A model generated the notes under the pieces. That model was given only the letters and a program-made list of their open reading frames with translations. It searched no databases and had not been told where the DNA came from. Made by a program: the position numbers and the translations under genes. Shown piece by piece: positions 29,101-37,022 of a stretch of 64,000 bases of DNA (position 1 is the stretch's first letter; each line of letters opens with the position of its first letter). The DNA comes from Minisyncoccota bacterium (GTDB lineage Bacteria; Patescibacteriota; Minisyncoccia; Phycocordibacterales; JAACPR01): assembly GCA_041674225.1 (NCBI GenBank), contig JBAYWG010000003.1, forward strand, positions 2,582-66,581. Reading direction: 5' to 3'.

Positions 29101-29240
29101 GTATCAAAAAAGTCCGATAAATTATCTTTTGGAAATTCAACCGGAGCTGGAACTTCATTGCCTACAACCTGTGCAAAAGAAACTCCACTAAAAAATAAAG
29201 ATAGATTTATAAAAAAGAACACCCAAATGATTTTAGACAT
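26199..29240 (-). CDS. Giant (1013 aa) secreted/cell-surface protein with signal peptide and one internal TM segment
   Basis: N-terminal signal peptide. Beta-rich, Cys-containing repeats. A hydrophobic helix lies around aa 480. No enzymatic motif seen. Confidence 0.45.
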   Translation of the reverse strand: MSKIIWVFFFINLSLFFSGVSFAQVVGNEVPAPVEFPKDNLSDFFDTNFEVDENVVNQATEIWETNSQVEDKNSLQASETVSCFDHYKFGSVQANIKTNIPGTVPGVTVPFFGDVKNENQYPIVNGTLYVKIFRVNDDEGQNYNGPDVVDQFIVLRDLNLKANESRPIEFEWKVPAFAKSGKYQVATFFVANHKYNLLGLSFTDDVVGNTAEFNVVDGQNIGVYFDKNSVTINDAPYFFAAYPPRVDSQKPTKIKATVVNSTNEEVTVPVAFKTFYWDAMHQENNLQEKESWVTVPARSSKEASFDVSDKNYPVYLSEIVLKYKDTKSILNPRFVLSGADRLRINFPAVKQYPLIKNQEVELFACFHNTADSVVQGRLVIQVLDENSNLIHEHEFSGNISGDMMATLDKFVPKSNHSTFIIKAFLYQGDELVDEDTVYYRCEQFNACGSFENSGSYLMNLLKNNIIISVAAGVLLVVLILFGLLMKSKSNSQKLLIFLIVFSPAFFWDINQVKAESVVWTSPNPSFVFTNTVTPDGITKGTPIEALTKGKVPGALKNVTATVRYSTRVLNLNTGEVVACGSSVPAGTRLKFEFIPHQNEDVSWFGSGGTYDSPYGSWKSGGAAPSNLCVEKNYIREENSAFAGIIKTYTDLSVNPPNKAISGLPTSCASVGSDKDCVMDVLGNYTALFQFSSTYGVFHYGISNTGGGSWGNGNLAANSCLKHASPSLVTNYSNSNIVSSWQILNYLMGNTDLPIKFQKYSFTGGLKNTLQLLKPAHETLMSEWSKVSSHLMISAQQISCPITVTPDALIPGLFLQSPSVSRNACVSNPVGNEIPYTFKSVNAGKRIRFLIDWNNDGFVDQILPASGYTTASSVSTTRVWTDSGSKTFNVSVQDNEGSSSSKLVFTSKSDCEILNPLDTEVDIETSTTQQAPGRLFDGGIRQILTNRRCMLDISSVNDATTCVLTKDGQEAVSVDVSGPLELDPGRYQISCKQFSGQVLASEVVCLLSPEVREI

Positions 29241-29363
29241 GTATATATTATGTGTAAATTAAATGTAAATGTACATTATTCCTATCCCCACGAGACGTAA
29301 TAATTCTTAACAACTTAAATAAAAAGAGTTGGTCAGACTCTGTTTTTAATGACCTAAAATGAT

Positions 29364-30548
29364 TTACTTTCGAGAACGACTAATCCAAATTACCAATACA
29401 GTAAATGCAATTAGAAACGAACCAAAACTAAACCAAGTCCAGTGGATTCCTAACCTAACAGCCAAGAAGCCACTCACCAACAAACCAACTGCCCCACCGA
29501 AGTGATGAAACATTGAATCAAAGGATTCGATCGTCGCTCTTTCTTTCGAAGGAATCTGATCGTGTAAATATGCATCCTTCAAAGGATTAAACATCCCACG
29601 AAAGACTTCGTGTGCAAAGAACATTACAAGTGAAGCTGGAAATCCGATTAAAGATGTCACAACCACCATGAGCCCTATTCCAATTTGGGAAAAACTCAAC
29701 GCGAGTTTTTCATTTGGAATAAATTTAAGAAGTCTCGGTACAAAAAATGCACCAAGCATCAAACTTAAAGGTATTCCAACAAAAACAAAACCAAGTTCTG
29801 TTCTTCCACTAAGATTCTCTGCAAAAAATGGTTGCCAATACATGTTCAATGGTTGTACTGAAAATACCATTACCATCACCACAAGCAGTACGAACCGTAC
29901 ATTTTTATTTTTAACACCATAATTAATACTAGACTTAACTGTATTTTTCATGGCGTCAAAACCATCTCTGAATGAAAATTTTTGTGGAACAAAATAATCC
30001 TCTTTGAGAAATATTGCTACTACAAAAGAAATTCCAAACGTGATAATTGAACAAACGAAAGGCAGCTTTATCGAAATATCACTAATCCATGCTCCAAATA
30101 AACCAGCAGCAACAACTGCTAATTGACTAATCTGCGCAGACCTCGAAAAAATATTTCGAAGACTTTCGGTATATCCATGATGTTTCAATTTATCCACAAA
30201 CCAAGCTCGAAAAGCTCCACTCGCAAATGTACAACCCACCGCAATAACAAATTCTGCCGTGATAAATCCTGCAAAATTATTTGAGAAATAATAAACAAGA
30301 AAACCACAAAGCATAATAAGTCGTGACATCAAATAAGATTTCTTTCTACCGAACACATCAGCAAAAGCCCCTGTTGGAATCTCTGCGATAAACAAAGTTA
30401 GAAAGAATACAAAATTTACCAGGTTAACCTGAAAAAGATTGAGTCCATTTGATATAAGAAACATTGCATATGTTGAAGCAATGAACCCCATAGATGCACT
30501 GTTTAGAAATACCAATAAATAGTATTCCTTAATCGTTTTATTGATCAT
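29364..30548 (-). CDS. MFS transporter
   Basis: 12 TM helices. MFS-like loop motifs (GxLaDrxGrkk-like ADVFGRKK). Confidence 0.75.
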   Translation of the reverse strand: MINKTIKEYYLLVFLNSASMGFIASTYAMFLISNGLNLFQVNLVNFVFFLTLFIAEIPTGAFADVFGRKKSYLMSRLIMLCGFLVYYFSNNFAGFITAEFVIAVGCTFASGAFRAWFVDKLKHHGYTESLRNIFSRSAQISQLAVVAAGLFGAWISDISIKLPFVCSIITFGISFVVAIFLKEDYFVPQKFSFRDGFDAMKNTVKSSINYGVKNKNVRFVLLVVMVMVFSVQPLNMYWQPFFAENLSGRTELGFVFVGIPLSLMLGAFFVPRLLKFIPNEKLALSFSQIGIGLMVVVTSLIGFPASLVMFFAHEVFRGMFNPLKDAYLHDQIPSKERATIESFDSMFHHFGGAVGLLVSGFLAVRLGIHWTWFSFGSFLIAFTVLVIWISRSRK

Positions 30549-30683
30549 TTTTTAGTTTTTGTTTGTTTTTTAAAGAACTGAATACTAAATGAAAACCCGA
30601 CTTTCATTCAGCCGGGACAATTTCAGAACAATTAGGAGGGCTTTTAAGCAATCAAATTGTCTCGGCTAAATAAAACATTTACA

Positions 30684-30726
30684 GGGTAAATACCCGCGAA
30701 AACGTTAAGAATGTGGGTATTTACCC
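30684..30726. promoter_or_regulatory. Perfect 12-bp inverted repeat GGGTAAATACCC-N19-GGGTATTTACCC in divergent promoter region (MFS transporter / CARDB surface protein)
   Basis: The repeat is seen directly in the sequence. The geometry is operator-like. Confidence 0.4.
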
Positions 30727-30852
30727 AGGAATTCATTGATTTATTTGGCTTTTGACAACTTTTTGTCATGTTCAAAAATTACCATTTAAAGCATTTTTAG
30801 TCAATATGAAATAATTGACAGATAAACAAAAACCTGATATATTAATGAGGTT

Positions 30853-32211
30853 ATGTCAGATACAACATCAAAAAGTTTTATAGGAAAAATATTATTCGTT
30901 TTGGGAGTTATTATAATTCTAATTATTCTTGCTTCCCTAATTATCAAATTTGTACCAAGAATCTTCAGTGGTTTAGCCAATGTTGGTTCTTCAATCCAAA
31001 ACGTAGTCAGCAAAGATGAGATTTCAGTTACAGCAAGTGACGTTAGTCTAACTAACGGAGAAAGATTTGTTGTGAGCTGGGATTCTAATATAGATGAAGC
31101 TGGTGCTTATAGCATTAGTTACTCATGTGTTGATAATGTGGAGGTTGATATCGAAACAGCTAGCGGCGTACGTCGTCTAATTTGTGATAATCCATTTACA
31201 CTAGGAGCAAATCCTGGATCTGTAACTCTTGTATCTACTCTAAATAAAGCAAATGCTTTTGTTGATGTGCCAATTAATGTAAGTTTCTCTCAAGGAAACA
31301 CAGCTCCCCTAGCTTCAAACAGCGTAGTGGTGACAATCCAAAATGGAGACATCAATGCTGGAACTTTTGGTGAAAACGGAACTACAATTTCAGCAGAACC
31401 TGTTGAACAAATCGAAACACCAAGACCAACAACTACAACGTCTCAACCGAGATCAGTAGTTTACACTCCAGTTGTAACAGGACCAGCTGATTTATCTATC
31501 TCAAGTATTGCTCCAATTGGAAACAATAGAATTGCTTTTACTGTTTCAAACAACGGAGGAAGAAGTACTGGTAACTGGACTTTCAATTACAACACTCCAA
31601 CTAGCCCAAAGGAAACACTGTCTTCTCCACTACAACCATCTCTTGGACCAAATCAATCTATTTTGTACACACTAACATTTAATGCAAAAGCTAGCGGAAA
31701 CCAAAACGTAGTAGTACAACTTGATCCAACAAATATAATTTCAGAAGCTTCTGAAACAAATAACATCGGAACAATCACTCTTACAGGTGCTGCTTATGGT
31801 GGAGGTTCTTCAAATAATTCAGACAACTCATACAACTCTAGAGATGATGCAGACTTTGTAATAAGTAATCTAGAAGTAGGACGACTTTCTGGAAACAACT
31901 TTATCGAAGATGATGAAGCTGAAGACGGTGATGACGTTGCTATACGATTTATCGTTAAAAACAAAGGTGGAGATGAAACCGAAGACTGGAGATTTGAAGT
32001 TAGAAATCTACCTTACGACAATGGAAACACTTTCCGATCAAAAGAATATAATTCTCTAGAACCTGGTGAATCAATTGAAATCACTGTTGAATTTGAAAAT
32101 ATTGACGAAGGTGATTATGACATTCGAGTTGAAGTAGACTCTGATGACGACACTGACGAAGAAAGCGAATCAAACAACGATGACTCTGTGGATTTAGAAG
32201 TTGAAAGATAA
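30853..32211 (+). CDS. Secreted/anchored surface protein with CARDB-like repeats and strongly acidic C-terminus
   Basis: N-terminal TM/signal anchor. DPTNIISEASETNN-type CARDB motifs. D/E-rich tail. Confidence 0.45.
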   Translation: MSDTTSKSFIGKILFVLGVIIILIILASLIIKFVPRIFSGLANVGSSIQNVVSKDEISVTASDVSLTNGERFVVSWDSNIDEAGAYSISYSCVDNVEVDIETASGVRRLICDNPFTLGANPGSVTLVSTLNKANAFVDVPINVSFSQGNTAPLASNSVVVTIQNGDINAGTFGENGTTISAEPVEQIETPRPTTTTSQPRSVVYTPVVTGPADLSISSIAPIGNNRIAFTVSNNGGRSTGNWTFNYNTPTSPKETLSSPLQPSLGPNQSILYTLTFNAKASGNQNVVVQLDPTNIISEASETNNIGTITLTGAAYGGGSSNNSDNSYNSRDDADFVISNLEVGRLSGNNFIEDDEAEDGDDVAIRFIVKNKGGDETEDWRFEVRNLPYDNGNTFRSKEYNSLEPGESIEITVEFENIDEGDYDIRVEVDSDDDTDEESESNNDDSVDLEVER

Positions 32212-32238
32212 TTTATCTGGTAAAGTATATATAGAAAA

Positions 32239-32296
32239 AACGCCCGATTGGGATTTGTATCTGCTGATACAAATCCCAATCGGGCGTTTTTGTTTT
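32239..32296. terminator. Bidirectional terminator with 23-bp perfect stem between convergent genes
   Basis: aacgcccgattgggatttgtatc-tgct-gatacaaatcccaatcgggcgtt followed by TTTTTGTTTTT. Confidence 0.75.
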
Positions 32297-32299
32297 TCT

Positions 32300-34345
32300 C
32301 TATAAGTCGATCTCCGCTTCTTTCGCGTTTGTAGTAATAAAAGATTTTCGAGCTGGCACATCTGTTCCCATCAACATATCAAACACAGCATCGGCTTCTT
32401 GTGCATCATTAATTGAAACTTGTTTCAAAATACGATTTGTTTTATCCATCGTAGTTTCTTTCAACTCGTCGGCGTTCATTTCTCCAAGTCCTTTATATCG
32501 TTGTACTCGCATTTTTGGAGTTCGTTTTGCCTTTCCTTCTGCCTCTTCTTCTACGACTTCTCCATCTTCATTTAATTCTTCTTCTTGTGGCATATCCTCA
32601 TCACCTAAGTGAGCAATTTTTTCTTCTTCAGAATACAAATAAATAACTTCTTTTCCTCTTGTGATTTTATAAAGTGGAGATTGAGCAATATACAAATATC
32701 CTCCTTCGATAATCGGTTTGAAATATCTATAGAATAAAGTCAAAAGCAAAGTAGCGATGTGAGCACCATCGACGTCGGCATCGGTAGCGATAATAATTTT
32801 GTGATATCGAAGTTTTGAAATATCAAAAGTATCTCCAATTGCAGTTCCTAGAGCCACAACTAGATTTTTAATTTGTTCTGAACCAAGCATTCGATCTAGT
32901 CGAGCTCTTTCCACATTCAAGATTTTTCCTCTCAATGGCAACACAGCTTGTGTTCGACGATCTCGTCCAACTTTTGCAGTACCACCCGCAGAATCTCCCT
33001 CTACAATAAACAACTCACCTTCTTCTGCACTTCTAGTCTGACAGTCAGCCAATTTTCCGGGCAGTGTCATTCCTTCCAAAGCACCTTTTCTCAAAATAGA
33101 ATCCTTCGCAGCTTTTGCAGCTTTTCGAGCTTTCACAGCAAGAATCGCCTTTTGAATCATTGCTTTTGCATCATCTGGGTTTTCTTCAAGGAAATATGTA
33201 AAAGCTTCACCAAAGGCGCTTTCTACAGCTCCACGAGCCTCCACAGAGCCCAATTTTGCTTTAGTTTGACCTTCGAATTGAATCTCTGGCATTTTCACAG
33301 AAATCACAGCAGTTAGACCTTCAAGCACATCTTCTCCTGTAAAACTTTCTTGATCTTTTGAATTTGTCTTTTGCTTCTTTAAATAATTATTCAAACTTCT
33401 TGTAAGAGCAGTTTTGAAACCTGTCACGTGTGTTCCTCCTTCTGGGTTGCTGATAGTGTTTGCAAAAGCATTTATTCTAGAAGAAATATCATCTACATAT
33501 TGCAAAGCTACTTCAACATTCACATCACCAACATCTTGTTTGATATGAAAAATATTTTTATGAACTGGAGACTGACTTTTGTTTTGGTATGCAACAAGTG
33601 AACGAAGACCTCCTTCGAAATAAAAACTTTTTGAAGGTGATTCAATTTCAGTATCAGATAAATATTGAACTCCTTCTGGAACATCTTTTATTGAAATACT
33701 TCTCGCATCCACTACAGAAATTTTTAAACCATTCACAAGATACGCTTGTTGTCGCATGTGGTTTACAGTTCTTTTGTAATCAAAAATAACTGTTTCAAAA
33801 ATTGTTGGATCTGGTTGGAAAGTTATAATTGTTCCATTGTATTTTGTTGAACCAACTTTTTTAACAGATGCTTTTGGTTTTCCAATATTATATTCTTGAA
33901 CATATCTTGAACCTTCTTTGTGAACCTCAGCTCGTGTATAAACAGAAAGAGCGTTCACAACAGAAGCTCCCACTCCGTGCAAACCTCCTGATACTTTGTA
34001 TCCTGATTCGTCTCCACCGAATTTTCCTCCGGCATGTAGAGTTGTCATAATTGTTTCAAGCGCAGAAACTTTTGTAGTTTTGTGAACGTCAACTGGAATA
34101 CCTCGTCCGTTATCTGCTACACGAATTATATTGTCTGCAAGAAATGCAACTTCAATATTGTTTGCATGACCTGCCATCGCTTCGTCACGAGAGTTGTCGA
34201 AGATTTCAGTAATCAAATGGTTTAGACCATCTGGACCTGTTGTACCGATATACATTCCCGGTCGTTTTCGTACAGGTTCTAGACCTTCAAGAATTTGAAT
34301 TTGATCCGCACCGTAACTGCTTTTAGATGGTTTTTTATCTGCCAT
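32300..34345 (-). CDS. gyrB: DNA gyrase subunit B
   Basis: GHKL ATPase (LHGVGASVVNALS). QTKAKLGS. TOPRIM EGDSAGG. C-terminal tail. Confidence 0.8.
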   Translation of the reverse strand: MADKKPSKSSYGADQIQILEGLEPVRKRPGMYIGTTGPDGLNHLITEIFDNSRDEAMAGHANNIEVAFLADNIIRVADNGRGIPVDVHKTTKVSALETIMTTLHAGGKFGGDESGYKVSGGLHGVGASVVNALSVYTRAEVHKEGSRYVQEYNIGKPKASVKKVGSTKYNGTIITFQPDPTIFETVIFDYKRTVNHMRQQAYLVNGLKISVVDARSISIKDVPEGVQYLSDTEIESPSKSFYFEGGLRSLVAYQNKSQSPVHKNIFHIKQDVGDVNVEVALQYVDDISSRINAFANTISNPEGGTHVTGFKTALTRSLNNYLKKQKTNSKDQESFTGEDVLEGLTAVISVKMPEIQFEGQTKAKLGSVEARGAVESAFGEAFTYFLEENPDDAKAMIQKAILAVKARKAAKAAKDSILRKGALEGMTLPGKLADCQTRSAEEGELFIVEGDSAGGTAKVGRDRRTQAVLPLRGKILNVERARLDRMLGSEQIKNLVVALGTAIGDTFDISKLRYHKIIIATDADVDGAHIATLLLTLFYRYFKPIIEGGYLYIAQSPLYKITRGKEVIYLYSEEEKIAHLGDEDMPQEEELNEDGEVVEEEAEGKAKRTPKMRVQRYKGLGEMNADELKETTMDKTNRILKQVSINDAQEADAVFDMLMGTDVPARKSFITTNAKEAEIDL

Positions 34346-34429
34346 AAATGTCCGTTAATTTTACCAAACTACACCTTATTTACAAGGTATTTTTGTGGTG
34401 TAAAAACATTAATTTTAGTAAAATTTAGT

Positions 34430-34458
34430 TTGACAAAAGTTAAATATAATACATAATA
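34430..34458 (+). promoter_or_regulatory. Sigma70-like promoter (TTGACA-17-ATAATA) for 34505..34957
   Basis: Consensus -35 and near-consensus -10 hexamers. The RBS aaaggaaca precedes the ATG. Confidence 0.5.
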
Positions 34459-34504
34459 TAAATGTAAGATCTTAAACAATATACCAACGAAAGGAACACT
34501 TCAA

Positions 34505-34957
34505 ATGAGCAAGGATGGGATAGTGCCCGAAATTAAAGAAAAGATGATTCATAAAGTTGTCAGAGTAGATCGCACCCGAACTCCTCAAGAAACCTTGAAA
34601 GCCACTGGTCGAAGCTTATATGCTGACAACGAATCAATTATCAACACCATGCCCCGAGGCGAAAGCGATGAGGTGGAGGTGATCTTCTTTCAGGTCGGTC
34701 GTGTACTGACACATGAAGACCTAGCTCAGGAGTTCAACCTACGAGGTCTCAAACCCGCTGATTCTTACTCTCAAGCCAAAGCAAATGAAGATGATCCCAT
34801 ATTCGCCGAAGAACATCCCAATGGAACTCACTGGGAACACAATGGGAAATGGTGTTTCTCAACATTCGACGTTTGGGATGGTGAACAGGTCGTGGATGTT
34901 TCTTGCAGTGGCAGAGGGTGGCTTGAAAGCTGGTGGTTTGCCGGTATTCGCAAGTAA
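34505..34957 (+). CDS. Hypothetical protein (ORFan A) in GC-rich island
   Basis: 150 aa and soluble. W-rich C-terminus (GRGWLESWWFAGIRK). Local GC is roughly 45-47% against ~33% background. It has its own terminator at ~34995-35040. Confidence 0.45.
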   Translation: MSKDGIVPEIKEKMIHKVVRVDRTRTPQETLKATGRSLYADNESIINTMPRGESDEVEVIFFQVGRVLTHEDLAQEFNLRGLKPADSYSQAKANEDDPIFAEEHPNGTHWEHNGKWCFSTFDVWDGEQVVDVSCSGRGWLESWWFAGIRK

Positions 34958-35093
34958 GAAATACTTTGAGCTCAGTCCATAAAAATTTCAACCTCCTGTA
35001 TCAGACTACTTCGGTAGTACTGGTACAGGATTTTTCTTTTTAAATTTATATACTACCCCTCTAAAATAAAAATCTAGCCCGAAAGCTAGAGTA

Positions 35094-35606
35094 TCAGCCC
35101 GCTGGCTGAAAGAAAGCAAAAGCAGTTTCTGATGTCAGAACATACTGCTTTTGATCGATGTAAGCTTTCAGATTCAACTGCTTGGCTTGTTTTTTCATGC
35201 CAAGATGAATCTTCTGACCCTCCGAATCCAAAACCGGTTCGTGCATCATAATAATCCGTCGAAACTTCATATTTTCAATGCCAAGACTTTGCATCTCCAA
35301 ACTCAAGAGAAGAGCTACCTCAGGAGAAGTCTTGTGACTCGAAAATCCCAAAGCACTCGTCTCCTCAGAAATCTGCTTATACGTCGTCTTCACCGGATCG
35401 AATTCACTTCTGGAAATCAAGACAATGTTTCCTTTAGGAACTCCCACACCGGAGAAATCCAATTTTTGAATGATGTCTTTTGCATCACTAAAGACATTGA
35501 TACCAACAGGATTGAAACCGCGATTCCAATTATCCAAAGTACACAGCCAGTCTTCGCCAACCATGCCGGCCGCACCGCAAGTATAAATAGTATTAAGATC
35601 TTTCAT
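35094..35606 (-). CDS. Hypothetical protein (ORFan B) in GC-rich island
   Basis: 170 aa and soluble. It has its own terminator tctagc-tttcgg-gctaga plus T-run downstream on the minus strand. Confidence 0.45.
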   Translation of the reverse strand: MKDLNTIYTCGAAGMVGEDWLCTLDNWNRGFNPVGINVFSDAKDIIQKLDFSGVGVPKGNIVLISRSEFDPVKTTYKQISEETSALGFSSHKTSPEVALLLSLEMQSLGIENMKFRRIIMMHEPVLDSEGQKIHLGMKKQAKQLNLKAYIDQKQYVLTSETAFAFFQPAG

Positions 35607-35645
35607 TTAAACCTAATACAACCAAAATTGCGGTTTTCTGTATAC

Positions 35646-35674
35646 TTGACTATACTGCTTAAATATGTTAAAAT
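35646..35674 (+). promoter_or_regulatory. Sigma70-like promoter TTGACT-17-TAAAAT for 35778..36188
   Basis: The hexamers and 17-nt spacer are seen directly in the sequence. Confidence 0.5.
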
Positions 35675-35777
35675 ACAAGAGTAAAATAAGTTCTTTGAAA
35701 CGTAGTTGAGTTTGGAAGAAAGGTCGCAACATTCCGTTGTTATCTTTCAAATCAAACTTAAACTACAAAATACCACT

Positions 35778-36188
35778 ATGAAAACCACACTATCCAGCAT
35801 TTCATTCTATCCTGTCAAAGGCCTCACACTCAAAAACGACCTCGTTACGAAGGTTTTAGGTTCAGCAGACTGGAGATTTCAGAATGAGGGCTCATTTTGG
35901 AAGGGGGAATTCTACGTCCCTGGATATCCTCTCTTGATACCCAACAATGATATCGAGATCGAAGTCTTGGACAACGAAGTGTTTGTTATCCGTGATTCCA
36001 CGGGGAAAGTCACACTGAGAGGAGTCCTCTCCCATGTCGACAAACCAGAAATGGGCACAGCTTACATGTTCCAGAGTGCACAAGCTGTCGTATTTTGGCC
36101 CAACGAACAGAACCCCATTGGGGAAGGAGTCCAGAGTGATCACTCCCTCACAGGTTGCGTCACAGTGGTCTGGAAATTCAAAGAATAG
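35778..36188 (+). CDS. Hypothetical protein (ORFan C) in GC-rich island; start at internal Met MKTTLSS
   Basis: The track ORF is 35706..36188. Two terminator hairpins lie downstream, including 36370-36400 aaaaaggagacatttatgtctccttttt. Confidence 0.4.
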   Translation: MKTTLSSISFYPVKGLTLKNDLVTKVLGSADWRFQNEGSFWKGEFYVPGYPLLIPNNDIEIEVLDNEVFVIRDSTGKVTLRGVLSHVDKPEMGTAYMFQSAQAVVFWPNEQNPIGEGVQSDHSLTGCVTVVWKFKE

Positions 36189-36431
36189 TGGTAAACCCAC
36201 TCGGTGAAGTAACCGCAGAGTTCAAACCTCTTAAAACTTCAAACCTCCCGTACCAGCAATACTATGTAATGCTGTGCGGGATTTTTCTTTTTAGCTGCAT
36301 AAATTAATTAATATTACTTGTGAGTACATTGCGGAGCCGTCCCAAACGGCGAGCGAAACGAAAAACAAAAAGGAGACATTTATGTCTCCTTTTTGTTTTA
36401 TCGTGGGTACGAATAAGTAATATTAATTTAT

Positions 36432-37022
36432 TTACGCAACAAAAATACACAACCTCCTCCAAAACTCCTCAAACTTCCCCCTCTCCACAAACAAATTTTT
36501 CTTTATCCCCTTCTTTGTATCCGGATCGTTATACATAAACCCAGCAATATCCCCATCGTCATCTTTTTCAAAACCTGTAATCACAATCAAATGCGAAGAT
36601 TTATTTTGATCAAATCCCGCAGACACAGACACAACAACAGGTCTTCCTGCTTTCAACATTTGTGCAATTTTTTTAATCCCAGCTTTCGCCATCTTTGCAT
36701 CATAAATACTCGGCGTTCCAGAATTTTTTCCAAGACTCACCAACTGACTTTTAAATTCTTCTCTGTATGCAAAAATTCCACGGTTTCTAAAAATACGCAC
36801 AAGCGCTTCATGATCCCAACCATTTTCACCATACCCTCCGATTTTTACACCTTCATCAATTAACGCATCGATACTTTCATCATTGTCAGGATAAAAATAT
36901 TTGATAATCATCTTTGCACAAGTCACTCCGCAAGCACGAGAATGCCACTTCGGTTCTAACACATTTTGATATTGAGAATAATAAGGCACATCCAAAAAAT
37001 ACATGAGCTTATTATACGACAA
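36432..37022 (-). CDS. Papain-like cysteine peptidase, C39-like (Peptidase_C39_2/BtrH-like) family
   Basis: VPYYSQ...ACGVTCAKMI (Cys). Downstream His in SSHLIVITGF. About 190 aa, a typical domain size. Confidence 0.6.
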   Translation of the reverse strand: MSYNKLMYFLDVPYYSQYQNVLEPKWHSRACGVTCAKMIIKYFYPDNDESIDALIDEGVKIGGYGENGWDHEALVRIFRNRGIFAYREEFKSQLVSLGKNSGTPSIYDAKMAKAGIKKIAQMLKAGRPVVVSVSAGFDQNKSSHLIVITGFEKDDDGDIAGFMYNDPDTKKGIKKNLFVERGKFEEFWRRLCIFVA

